Virus record (IMG/VR): IMGVR_UViG_3300046665_000548
Span: 248,001 to 312,000 of that record
Direction: 5' to 3' (one strand)
Length of the DNA stretch: 64,000 nucleotides
Shown here: positions 7,686-15,797 of the stretch, in pieces
Layout: each line of letters begins with the position of its first letter
How positions within the stretch are numbered: the first letter of the stretch is position 1
The notes under the pieces: model-generated
What the model was told of the DNA's origin: nothing
Database searches by the model: none
The model's input: the letters and a program-made list of their open reading frames with translations, nothing else
Position numbers and translations under genes: made by a program

Positions 7686-8191
7686 CAAATTGGCCCAAAG
7701 ACAATCAAGAAGCTCGTAATGCTTTCTATGGCGATCCCGCTAAAGGTCAGATCGACGCACAGCTTGTAAAGGTCGTACCGCCGTTCAAGATGTACTACGA
7801 CAAGAAGCCGATCAAAAGCATCATGTTTCACAAGAAGTGCGCTGGGGCTCTCCTGGCTGCTTTCAACGAAATCTGGGACTACTACGGCCACGATCAGGCT
7901 AAGATCGATGAAATCGGCGTCTCCGACTATGCTGGTGCGTACAATCATCGTCTCGTGCGCGGTTCAACAACGAAGTGGTCTAATCACGCGTATGGTGCGG
8001 CTATCGACCTGAATGCGGACGAGAACGGTCTCAACCAGAAGGGCAATATGCCTCAGCCGGTTATCGATGCATTTACTCGTCAGGGCGCAATGTGGGGAGG
8101 TTGGTACAAAGGCCGCCTGGACCCGATGCACTTTGAGTTCGTAGACAACGGCGGACGTGAGCCGAAGAATCCTCCGCCAGAGAAACCCTAA
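7682..8191 (+). CDS. M15-family peptidoglycan endopeptidase
   Basis: GAYNHR...SNHAYGAAID...DPMHFE zinc-binding motifs; ATGA overlap with the upstream gene. Confidence 0.85.
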   Translation: MTNWPKDNQEARNAFYGDPAKGQIDAQLVKVVPPFKMYYDKKPIKSIMFHKKCAGALLAAFNEIWDYYGHDQAKIDEIGVSDYAGAYNHRLVRGSTTKWSNHAYGAAIDLNADENGLNQKGNMPQPVIDAFTRQGAMWGGWYKGRLDPMHFEFVDNGGREPKNPPPEKP

Positions 8192-8721
8192 TGTCGATTC
8201 GTCGCTACATCTCGCTCGTGGAAAACGCGAATCGTCATCCGCTCGAATGGTTTGGCGACGAATCCAATTATAACATCAAGAGCCAACGAGCATGGGCCGA
8301 AGGCGGAGAAGACGAAGAAGGGACAGAAAATGGACCTTCATTGTTTCCGAGCGGCGGCCAGTGGTTCATCTGTACGGATTGGGCCGATTATGTCCGTCGA
8401 GCCTATGGAAAACGAGCAAAGCTTTTCGGTTTTTCCTGCGAAGATAACCCCGCCCCTGGACTGGAATACTTCGACGGTCATGATTTCGCGCTAGTGGATG
8501 ACCGATACATTGTCGATGGCTGGTTGCCCAACGTTGAAGGGCTCCATCATAGCGCGGTGATCGACTTGAAGGACCCTAAAGAGAAAGAGATTGTCGCGAA
8601 ATTTTATGGCAATCCGAAACTCTGGGATCGTAATATTGGACGTGAAAAACAAATTGATAAAGAGACCCCAGAACAGCGTGCCAAAGCTATGCGGGGAGTG
8701 GGGTCTTTTCCGGAGTTCTGA
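8191..8721 (+). CDS. possible transglutaminase/papain-fold protein, probable virion-internal
   Basis: CTDWA...GHDFA...YIVD candidate Cys-His-Asp triad; N-terminus MSIRRYISLVE. Confidence 0.5.
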   Translation: MSIRRYISLVENANRHPLEWFGDESNYNIKSQRAWAEGGEDEEGTENGPSLFPSGGQWFICTDWADYVRRAYGKRAKLFGFSCEDNPAPGLEYFDGHDFALVDDRYIVDGWLPNVEGLHHSAVIDLKDPKEKEIVAKFYGNPKLWDRNIGREKQIDKETPEQRAKAMRGVGSFPEF

Positions 8722-9449
8722 TGTTTGACAAATTGATTGGTGCTACGCTCCGCTTTCCTTTTGATTACGCACAGATGGGCGAGGAAATACTCTCTTGCCG
8801 AAGCGCATGGAAGCCTGCACGGGCTCGCGCATTCCAGGTTATAGATGGCCTTGCCGGAACACTACCATTTCGTTCCGAGAGCATCGAGAATTACAAGCGA
8901 CTTCCCTATGTCGAAGAAGGCATGGAACCCGTTCAGGGTACAATCGGTTCGCCTCATCGTTTCTACCTGAGACGAAATCCCCGAACATGGTCTGACGATC
9001 AATTCGCGACCATGAAAGCCGCCCCGCATTCCGATTTCATGTGGGTACCAGAGGCGATGGAGCGTTGCAGCTACACTCGAAATTGTATCGCAAGCCTGCC
9101 ATTCAAATCAGTCGGAGTCGTATTTGCGTTCGTTCTCGAAAACAGCTTCTTGCCCACGCATCGCGACTACGCTTGGAGCACAGAACTAGACGGCGAGTAC
9201 GATAAGAGCAAGAGCCTTGGATTGAGCCTGATCCCGGAGACCGGTGGTATCGGCACTCAGATTTGGCATCCTGGTGATGAGAAGGTTTACCAGATCAACG
9301 GTAATGCTACGTTGTTCGATGACGCAATGTGGCACGGTACTAAGATTCCCGCAGGAGGATCGCGCCGTATCATCATCAGAGTGTTTGGTGAAATGGATTG
9401 GGAACAATTGGAAAACTATATCGTCAAGAATACGATCATAAGCCTGTAA
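8721..9449 (+). CDS. 2OG-Fe(II) oxygenase (Asp/Asn beta-hydroxylase-like)
   Basis: LPTHRD ... FDDAMWHGT ... RRIIIR (HxD...H...R). Confidence 0.65.
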   Translation: MFDKLIGATLRFPFDYAQMGEEILSCRSAWKPARARAFQVIDGLAGTLPFRSESIENYKRLPYVEEGMEPVQGTIGSPHRFYLRRNPRTWSDDQFATMKAAPHSDFMWVPEAMERCSYTRNCIASLPFKSVGVVFAFVLENSFLPTHRDYAWSTELDGEYDKSKSLGLSLIPETGGIGTQIWHPGDEKVYQINGNATLFDDAMWHGTKIPAGGSRRIIIRVFGEMDWEQLENYIVKNTIISL

Positions 9450-9452
9450 CAC

Positions 9453-10214
9453 TCAGATATAGAAGACCGCTCCCTGGCAACTTTTGACCATGAGGTCAGC
9501 GTCTTCTTTGAAACCAGCGATCAATTCGCCAAGTTCACGTTGGCCATTTTGATCGAAATACTGCATGTTCCGCAGTCCAACATCCCCCGTCAGAAAATAC
9601 TGCGTGGCCATTTCAATGTTTACTTCACTTGAATCGAGACGTTTGCTCACTGCGGATCGCATGGTCAGAATATCTTGAATATTCCACGGACAGTCTTTTG
9701 CGTTGCTATATTTTTCATGGTTCTGCTGTACAAAATAGTTGATGTCTCTGACTGGTAGCTTATCGCCGCCTTGGCTCATGGCGTGGACTAGTCGATGGAT
9801 CATTATCCACGACGTAGGCGGAAATTGATCATCGTCCGAAAAATTATCGCCCATTACGAAATGGATGCTGGTTGGGTCTGAAAACAAATTGTCATCAATA
9901 TCTGTTTGCAAATCTTGGATGCTTTCGGCCGCTTGTGGGCTGAACTTAGCCATCTTCTGAAGGAGTGATTTATCGAGGCGGCCCTCAGGGAATTTCTCAC
10001 CGAACCGATCCAGTCCAGGAATATTCACGACGTAGATGTATAGATTGAACGGCACGTTCGCGAGCTTCTTCTTATAGACCTGCTTGCGGATTGATTTCTG
10101 AATATGAGCACGGTCGTTCTGGCTGAACGAGCCTTCGTCATCCAAAGGATTGCCGTGCGTGGTGATATCCGCGAGCGGTGCTTCAATCAGATTGATGAGT
10201 TTGCGCATATTCAT
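9453..10214 (-). CDS. hypothetical, probable virion-internal protein
   Basis: TAAATATCCGT-ATG (motif at 10220-10225); N-terminus MNMRKLINLIE. Confidence 0.75.
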   Translation of the reverse strand: MNMRKLINLIEAPLADITTHGNPLDDEGSFSQNDRAHIQKSIRKQVYKKKLANVPFNLYIYVVNIPGLDRFGEKFPEGRLDKSLLQKMAKFSPQAAESIQDLQTDIDDNLFSDPTSIHFVMGDNFSDDDQFPPTSWIMIHRLVHAMSQGGDKLPVRDINYFVQQNHEKYSNAKDCPWNIQDILTMRSAVSKRLDSSEVNIEMATQYFLTGDVGLRNMQYFDQNGQRELGELIAGFKEDADLMVKSCQGAVFYI

Positions 10215-10231
10215 ACGGATATTTATTGCAG

Positions 10232-10318
10232 CGGACAAGGTGGGATTCGAACCCACGGCACCCTTACGGGTGCGGCACGCTTCCAACGTGCTGGATTAAG
10301 CCTCTCTCCCACCTGTCC
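10232..10318 (-). tRNA. tRNA-Ser(GGA), no CCA
   Basis: GCACG-TTGGAAG-CGTGC, long variable arm, discriminator G. Confidence 0.92.
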
Positions 10319-10323
10319 AAGGG

Positions 10324-10415
10324 TGGCGGATGGTGTAGGATTTGAACCCACGGGACCCTTTCGGGTCCGCTCCGCTTCGAACGGAGTGCATTAAGCCAGA
10401 CTCTGCCAACCATCC
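10324..10415 (-). tRNA. tRNA-Ser(CGA), CCA encoded
   Basis: CTCCG-TTCGAAG-CGGAG, long variable arm, GCCA. Confidence 0.95.
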
Positions 10416-10426
10416 TAACTGAATTC

Positions 10427-10532
10427 TTTACGGTGTGGGATTCGAACCCACGGGCGGCGGAGTATAGGTCCATCAGCACCACTCCCCGCTCTATCTTCTG
10501 GAGTCAACCTTAATCCACTCGGTCAACCGTAA
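10427..10532 (-). ncRNA. tRNA-Ser-like RNA with degenerate anticodon arm and enlarged variable arm
   Basis: TTACGGT/ACCGTAA acceptor, D arm GACCGAGTGGATTAAGGT, T arm GTGGGTTCGAATCCCAC, 36-nt arm at 10454-10489. Confidence 0.7.
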
Positions 10533-10538
10533 CGAAAC

Positions 10539-10628
10539 TGGTGGAAACGGTGGGATTCGAACCCACGGAGCCCTTTCGGGCTCGGGACTTTAGCAAAGTC
10601 CTGGGATAAGCCTCTCCCCCACATTTCC
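10539..10628 (-). tRNA. tRNA-Ser(GCT), CCA encoded
   Basis: GGACT-TTGCTAA-AGTCC, long variable arm, ACCA (discriminator A rather than the usual G). Confidence 0.93.
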
Positions 10629-10639
10629 AATGTGCTTTG

Positions 10640-10728
10640 CGGAAGCGGTGGGATTCGAACCCACGGGACCCTTCCGGGTCCTTCGGTTTTCAAGACCGAC
10701 GCGTTCAGCCGGGCTCCGCCACACTTCC
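10640..10728 (-). tRNA. tRNA-Ser(TGA), no CCA, extended acceptor stem
   Basis: TCGGT-CTTGAAA-ACCGA, long variable arm. Confidence 0.93.
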
Positions 10729-10739
10729 GCGAAGCACAT

Positions 10740-10979
10740 CTAGACGTTCTCTATCTCCTCCCTATGGTCGATACACGCTTGAACCTGCTCGACGGTTAAG
10801 TCCCAATTCTCCGCCAAGTCTTCAACGGTGTCACCGTCGAACAAATAGCTGTTCCTTATTAGTTCTGGCCATATGCGGCGGCCGATCAATGTCGTCCGGC
10901 CGCCGCAACGTCCTGGCACCTTCTCGAAGAACTGTCCGATCCGGACGGCCTCCTTGTCGGGTTTCTCGAACTTAGCCAC
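10740..10979 (-). CDS. DUF433-like (VapB45 antitoxin-type HTH) protein
   Basis: PGRCGGRTTLIGRRI...GDTVEDLAENWDLTVEQVQACI; GTG start at 10979 chosen to minimise overlap (frame open to 11039). Confidence 0.65.
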   Translation of the reverse strand: MAKFEKPDKEAVRIGQFFEKVPGRCGGRTTLIGRRIWPELIRNSYLFDGDTVEDLAENWDLTVEQVQACIDHREEIENV

Positions 10980-11235
10980 TAAACCAACTGCTCCAAGTCG
11001 ATGTGTCTGGCGGAACAGGATTTCTCCGCCATTCCTCATGAGCCTTCAGGTACCGTTCGCTCAGCTTGTCTTCAGGCCCGTATACGCTGCCATCCTGATC
11101 GGCATCGTTTGACCCTGTACAGGCTAGCTCGTGGTCTGTGGCCTTCGGGCACCGCTTGTTGCCGCAAGTCTTGCAGACAACAAAGAACTGGTAACCGGGC
11201 CAGCAAGCGCGGCAATTACAACGTCTTTCTGTCAA
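10972..11235 (-). CDS. Cys-rich hypothetical protein
   Basis: CNCRAC...CKTCGNKRCPKATDHELACTGSN. Confidence 0.7.
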   Translation of the reverse strand: MTERRCNCRACWPGYQFFVVCKTCGNKRCPKATDHELACTGSNDADQDGSVYGPEDKLSERYLKAHEEWRRNPVPPDTSTWSSWFSG

Positions 11236-11465
11236 GCTCTCGCCTCCGTGGCTTCCTGTAACGTGCTAAGGTGCTTCCTGATCCAACGCATGAGATGCAT
11301 CGACTTCTCTTCATCGTTCAGCGTTGCGCCCTCGACATCTACTATCGGGACGGGAAACTCTAAACCAGAATCGTTCGTCTGGTAATACAGGACACCGGCC
11401 CTGTAAAACTTAAATCGAGACATCCCCTTCACGTGGTCAGTCACCTTAGTCATCGCTACACTCAT
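11232..11465 (-). CDS. hypothetical protein, first gene after the Ser attenuator
   Basis: AAAGGTGA SD; FPVPIVD...MRWIRK. Confidence 0.75.
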   Translation of the reverse strand: MSVAMTKVTDHVKGMSRFKFYRAGVLYYQTNDSGLEFPVPIVDVEGATLNDEEKSMHLMRWIRKHLSTLQEATEARA

Positions 11466-11505
11466 TTCACCTTTCTGTTGGACCTTGTTTCTTTTCCGGG
11501 CAAAG

Positions 11506-11537
11506 AAAAACCCCGCTCAGATTTTCATCTGGCGGGG
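11506..11537 (-). terminator. attenuator terminator of the Ser tRNA operon
   Basis: CCCCGC-CAGAT-GAAA-ATCTG-A-GCGGGG-TTTTT; 5' arm GGACCCCG complementary to leader CGGGGTCC. Confidence 0.85.
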
Positions 11538-11567
11538 TCCGTTGACCGAGATGTTTCAGCGCACGCG

Positions 11568-11639
11568 CTATCGCATCACCGATCCGGGGACCCCGGAGGC
11601 GCTAGATGACGACGATGACTGGCTGAAGAAATGGGTCAT
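11568..11639 (-). CDS. Ser-rich attenuator leader peptide MTHFFSQSSSSSSASGVPGSVMR
   Basis: 9 Ser codons (AGC TCA TCG TCG TCA TCT AGC TCC TCG); ATG directly after the promoter; followed by antiterminator/terminator. Confidence 0.82.
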   Translation of the reverse strand: MTHFFSQSSSSSSASGVPGSVMR

Positions 11640-11646
11640 GATGGTG

Positions 11647-11677
11647 TATTTATATCGGAGGTTGGTTTTGCTGTCAA
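11647..11677 (-). promoter_or_regulatory. promoter of the Ser leader (TTGACA-N17-TATAAA, containing full TATAAATA)
   Basis: Minus strand TTGACA GCAAAACCAACCTCCGA TATAAATA CACCATC ATG. Confidence 0.8.
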
Positions 11678-11840
11678 TCAAAAAGTGGAGTCCAGAAAGT
11701 TTCGCGAGCCTTGCGCATATGTTCTCTGCCGTATTCGCTCTCAGAGGCAGAAAACAATTGCAGGCGTCGCACGGCAATGAAACGCGATTGTGACCAAATT
11801 GTCGGCCGGAAGCTACGTCGGAAAAGACGCAATATCTTTC

Positions 11841-12047
11841 TCATGTCGGCACTGGAGAAGCGATGGCCTGCTTCAGGTCAGACAAATATCTCTCGAAAGC
11901 GTCTATTACGGACGGCTCAAGAAATACTTGGTTCGTTTTGTGAATGCCGTTGCTAGAGTACAATTCGACTTGATAACCATCAAATTTGGCGTATAGACCA
12001 TCACCGAGATAACGATCTTCTTCCATCAATTCGTCTATCTGCGACAT
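11841..12047 (-). CDS. hypothetical protein
   Basis: 68-aa ORF in a minus-strand run. Confidence 0.7.
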   Translation of the reverse strand: MSQIDELMEEDRYLGDGLYAKFDGYQVELYSSNGIHKTNQVFLEPSVIDAFERYLSDLKQAIASPVPT

Positions 12048-12071
12048 AGTTAAATCTTCTCGATGTTGGGA

Positions 12072-12533
12072 TTAATTTCGGTCATCTAGAGCCTCGCCCT
12101 CGATTTCCTGGAGCGACGCGCGGCGGAGATATCCACAGTACCATTCTTCATCATCGTCGTCGCCCCACGACGACCCTCGGTAATAGACACCGTAGATGTC
12201 TTCGAGAACGTAGACCCCAGCCAGTTCAATATCCAGGTCAAAGAATTCGTTCAACGCATAGTCGCAGCCAACGCCTTCGTTGAGCCACATGACAGCGCTG
12301 TCGCCATCCCAATCTAGAACCTCGAATTGTTCGCCGTCGTCTTCGGCAGACGGATCGAACCAGAACAGGATACGGCCCTTGTCTGCATATGTCGGTAGTT
12401 TTGGTTCTGGTTCTGGCGGCGATTCGCTATCCAAATAAGCCATCATGTCATCTAAATTGTTAAACGTCGCTTCTGGCGGTTCAGCCTCCAGCTTCAATAA
12501 CAATTTGACCATTTTCGGATTATACTTGGTCAC
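12072..12533 (-). CDS. acidic hypothetical protein
   Basis: GTG start overlapping the upstream TGA. Confidence 0.65.
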   Translation of the reverse strand: MTKYNPKMVKLLLKLEAEPPEATFNNLDDMMAYLDSESPPEPEPKLPTYADKGRILFWFDPSAEDDGEQFEVLDWDGDSAVMWLNEGVGCDYALNEFFDLDIELAGVYVLEDIYGVYYRGSSWGDDDDEEWYCGYLRRASLQEIEGEALDDRN

Positions 12534-12775
12534 TGAACCGTTTCTTTGATCAGGTAAGAGCCGGTGTGACCGAAACGGACTCCCCACTGCAAATCGGCAT
12601 CTTCTTCGACACCGGTCTTGCGGTCGAAAGTCCACCCACCTGCAAAGCCATCGTCGGCAGAGTTACACGTGATCAAGTCCTCACTGACCTTTACCACTTC
12701 CATTCTCATCGGAAGTTTTCCACCCAGCATGCGGGTGATTACGTCGCCAACTTTGAGGTCAGAAAAATCGTCCAC
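12530..12775 (-). CDS. hypothetical protein
   Basis: 81-aa ORF in the operon. Confidence 0.7.
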   Translation of the reverse strand: MDDFSDLKVGDVITRMLGGKLPMRMEVVKVSEDLITCNSADDGFAGGWTFDRKTGVEEDADLQWGVRFGHTGSYLIKETVQ

Positions 12776-12787
12776 GTCTAGCTCCGT

Positions 12788-13639
12788 TTATCCGAGTTGA
12801 AGAAGAGGATAATCGTCTCGGTGGACGATCAGCAGATCGTTGTCGCGATGTTGAATATCCCGTGAGAGCGTTATCTTCGCATCAGTCCACTGGCCACTAT
12901 TCGGATCGGGGGTTAGAAACAAGTACCCCAGCCTCTGGCTGATGCCGACAATTGGGCTCTGGTCCCACGGGGTCTCGGTGCCGCCCGGAATGAATGCCGC
13001 CGTCACTTCTCGTTTCCAAAGACGTGCCAGCCAGATGCCGATGCTACCGCCATCGACCAGATAGTTCTTGAATTGCTTCACGAGCTTCTGCGATTCGACG
13101 CTGTATTCGTCCAGCGGGTCGCGCAGGAGAACGTAGCCTTGCAGCGGAGGCGATGACATCTTTGTGGGGAGCCGTCGCGCCGCCTCGAAATTGGTGATCC
13201 GGTGGCATCCCATCGATCCCGGACGAAAACCGAAAATCTCGCCCGTGTTCACGTCCCCAATATAGGCCGCGACGCATTCTCCCTTGTGAATCAACGCGAT
13301 CATCGTGCCGATGCCATGAGATTGTCCACGCACGAACGCCCGCGTGCCGTCTACCGGATCGATGGTGAAATAGGTTTCGCCGGGCTCGCTTACGCCCTCT
13401 TCCGAGATAATCCCAAAGCTTGGGAAGCATTCCCGGAGGGATCGAACGTAGATGTCCTGGGCCTTAAGATCGGCCGAGGTCAATACGTCGTTCATTTCAC
13501 CTTCGACATCCGTGTAGCCTTGTTTGGCGTGGGATTCGAAAGAGATACGTTCAGCCTGGATCACGCCGAGCGCACGGCGTACCAGTTCTTTCATGATGAT
13601 GCCAACTGCGTGGCCGTTGAGCTTTTCGTCAAAAATCAT
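12788..13639 (-). CDS. inositol monophosphatase / CysQ (PAP phosphatase) family protein
   Basis: DVLTSADLKAQ, IISEE, IDPVDGT metal-binding motifs. Confidence 0.85.
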   Translation of the reverse strand: MIFDEKLNGHAVGIIMKELVRRALGVIQAERISFESHAKQGYTDVEGEMNDVLTSADLKAQDIYVRSLRECFPSFGIISEEGVSEPGETYFTIDPVDGTRAFVRGQSHGIGTMIALIHKGECVAAYIGDVNTGEIFGFRPGSMGCHRITNFEAARRLPTKMSSPPLQGYVLLRDPLDEYSVESQKLVKQFKNYLVDGGSIGIWLARLWKREVTAAFIPGGTETPWDQSPIVGISQRLGYLFLTPDPNSGQWTDAKITLSRDIQHRDNDLLIVHRDDYPLLQLG

Positions 13640-13667
13640 TCTATGCCTCTTTACTGAGGTATAGCAG

Positions 13668-14051
13668 TTACTTTAGGTTCTGCAAGTAGTTCCGTGCCGC
13701 CTGATGTACGGACACGTCCGGGGTTCTAGTGCAGTAATTCGCGACAATATCCAGAACGGTCTGTTCTGCAACCTTGTCCAAGTAATTTTTACCCGTCATA
13801 AGCACGGAAATTTCGTTGGCTCCTGTCGCGAAACCGAGGATGTACTGACGGATGTCTGGTTTCGTACGGTTCGCCAGATAGGTGCGACATGAAGTTGTGG
13901 AACCCACACCCATTGCGTGGGCTGCGAACGTCGGCAAAAGGAAGAAGATTGTCAGAGCGGCAATAACGATAGCGATACGCCAAAAATGAACGAGACGAAG
14001 CATTGTTCTCCAGGAAATTTGAGTATGGGACATACTAGGCGATTCGCTCAT
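13668..14051 (-). CDS. exported HdeA/Rap1a-like protein
   Basis: Signal-like hydrophobic segment, SCxxY...YILGF...C...P pattern. Confidence 0.5.
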   Translation of the reverse strand: MSESPSMSHTQISWRTMLRLVHFWRIAIVIAALTIFFLLPTFAAHAMGVGSTTSCRTYLANRTKPDIRQYILGFATGANEISVLMTGKNYLDKVAEQTVLDIVANYCTRTPDVSVHQAARNYLQNLK

Positions 14052-14083
14052 CTCTTGGCTCTAAAAAGAGTTATCACTTCTCC

Positions 14084-14089
14084 TAAATA
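14084..14089 (+). promoter_or_regulatory. late promoter motif TAAATA
   Basis: TAAATA-ATCG-ATG, no room for an SD. Confidence 0.65.
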
Positions 14090-14093
14090 ATCG

Positions 14094-15707
14094 ATGGCCT
14101 ACATTCTTGATTCGCGCGGCACTGGCGGCGCTATTATTACACTTGGAGAGACACTGACGTTCCCGGTCGCCTTCGGCAGACCGGAGCTTGATGCGCAGCC
14201 TCCAGTGGGATCACTGCGCTACAACCCAGAAACAACCGAACTGGAACTCTATCGTTCGGACGGTCTGGGTGGCCACGAATGGCGTATTGTTGAACGCATC
14301 TCGCTAGATACTTCCACTATCTTGCCAAAAACGGGCGGTACTGTTCTTGGTAATATGACTATGACGGGTGACTCCCGTATATTCCTGCCATCTGGCAGCA
14401 TCAGCGCCCCATCGCTGTCTTTTGTGGGCGCGACACAGACCGGTTTCTCGACAGACGAGAATAACGTTCTGCTTACATCCGTAAACGGCGTTCAGGTCGC
14501 CAAATTCGACATCAATCTTGCGACCCTCAACGTGCCTATGCAGGCGACTACAGCGACTTTCGAAACCATCACCGCCGCGACGCTAAACGTAGCAAGATTG
14601 AATACCTACCTGCCTCGGGAAATTTCAGGGTTCTTCCCAGGTCCGTTTGAGGCTGGACAGGTTATTTTCAGACAGGTCATCGCTCATAGAGTTTTAATCA
14701 GCGACGGCTGGGGTGGCTCGGTCGCGTTCGTTCAAGGGATGCCTCTCGGTATCGGGGGCGCGTCCTTTAGAATCGACAAAATTTCTAGCAACATTCGAAC
14801 GACAATCGGCGTTCTTTCATTCGCGGCGGTGTCGGTGTTTGGGACCTTTTGGTCTCCGCCTGGAGGAGAGTTTCAACTCGACGGTGGTGACATCATTGAG
14901 ATCGTCGTCGCGCAGCCGGATGTCATAACGGGGCTGTCATTCTCACTACTGACGCGTGTTCCTGTCTCGGTGAACGTTGCTCCGACCGACATCAGCATTA
15001 GTCCGAGCGTCGTTGAAGAACGCGCCCGCCCAGGCACTGTGGTTGGAATCATTTCAGTATCCGACACGGACAGCACCACCTTCAATTATCAAATGCTTGA
15101 CTCGGCAGATGATCGCTTTGCTATTATTGGTAATCAAATCGTAGTAGGCGATAACCTACTGGATTGGAGCATCAATTCGTCGCATTCCATTAGAATTCGC
15201 GCTATTGATGAAGACGGTCTGGCTTACGACAAGACATTCTCCATCACCGTACGCAACATCGTTGACATGTCCGCGTATGATCCGATCCGCCCTGTGGTTT
15301 CTACCAGTACAGTTGATGCTTTGGCGACACTAACGTCTGCTCAAAGCATCGGGTTGACTACATGGGAAGCATCTGCGGCTGCTATAGCATCGGTATCCGC
15401 TTCTATTCAGCTTCCACCTATTTCTGCCGCTTCTCTCGGTATCGCGCTTGTTAGCACCGCAATCACTCAGGACGCCGGAGACGTAACATCAATCGCCAGC
15501 GTATCCGATATCGTAATGATGACTGGTAATATGACCACGACCAACATTTCTGCGGAGTCTGAGGCTAATATATACGTTGAAATGAACGCCATCGAAACGC
15601 TCGAAAATTTTGATGGTGATGGAGAAAGTGACGCCATAGTAGAGGCAGATACCGTAACGTTGATCTCAGGAGTGGGTACGAACGGACTTGCTGAGTTGCC
15701 GACCTGA
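14094..15707 (+). CDS. virion fibre/structural protein with cadherin-like domain (paralog 1)
   Basis: APTDISI...GTVVGIISVSDTD...RFAIIGNQ...IRAIDEDG...FSITV; N-terminus shared with 15798 and 20953. Confidence 0.75.
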   Translation: MAYILDSRGTGGAIITLGETLTFPVAFGRPELDAQPPVGSLRYNPETTELELYRSDGLGGHEWRIVERISLDTSTILPKTGGTVLGNMTMTGDSRIFLPSGSISAPSLSFVGATQTGFSTDENNVLLTSVNGVQVAKFDINLATLNVPMQATTATFETITAATLNVARLNTYLPREISGFFPGPFEAGQVIFRQVIAHRVLISDGWGGSVAFVQGMPLGIGGASFRIDKISSNIRTTIGVLSFAAVSVFGTFWSPPGGEFQLDGGDIIEIVVAQPDVITGLSFSLLTRVPVSVNVAPTDISISPSVVEERARPGTVVGIISVSDTDSTTFNYQMLDSADDRFAIIGNQIVVGDNLLDWSINSSHSIRIRAIDEDGLAYDKTFSITVRNIVDMSAYDPIRPVVSTSTVDALATLTSAQSIGLTTWEASAAAIASVSASIQLPPISAASLGIALVSTAITQDAGDVTSIASVSDIVMMTGNMTTTNISAESEANIYVEMNAIETLENFDGDGESDAIVEADTVTLISGVGTNGLAELPT

Positions 15708-15797
15708 TTCGCTCACCGGCCATAGATATTATCAGTCTGGTACTGGTTATGCATATCAAACCGAACGGCTAAATACCCACACACGTGTGGAAGTATA

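Noticed and set aside
10104-10975. Track ORFs over the Ser tRNA cluster, 153..557 and the 5' extension of 53714..54394
   Set aside because: They run through clear tRNA cloverleaves
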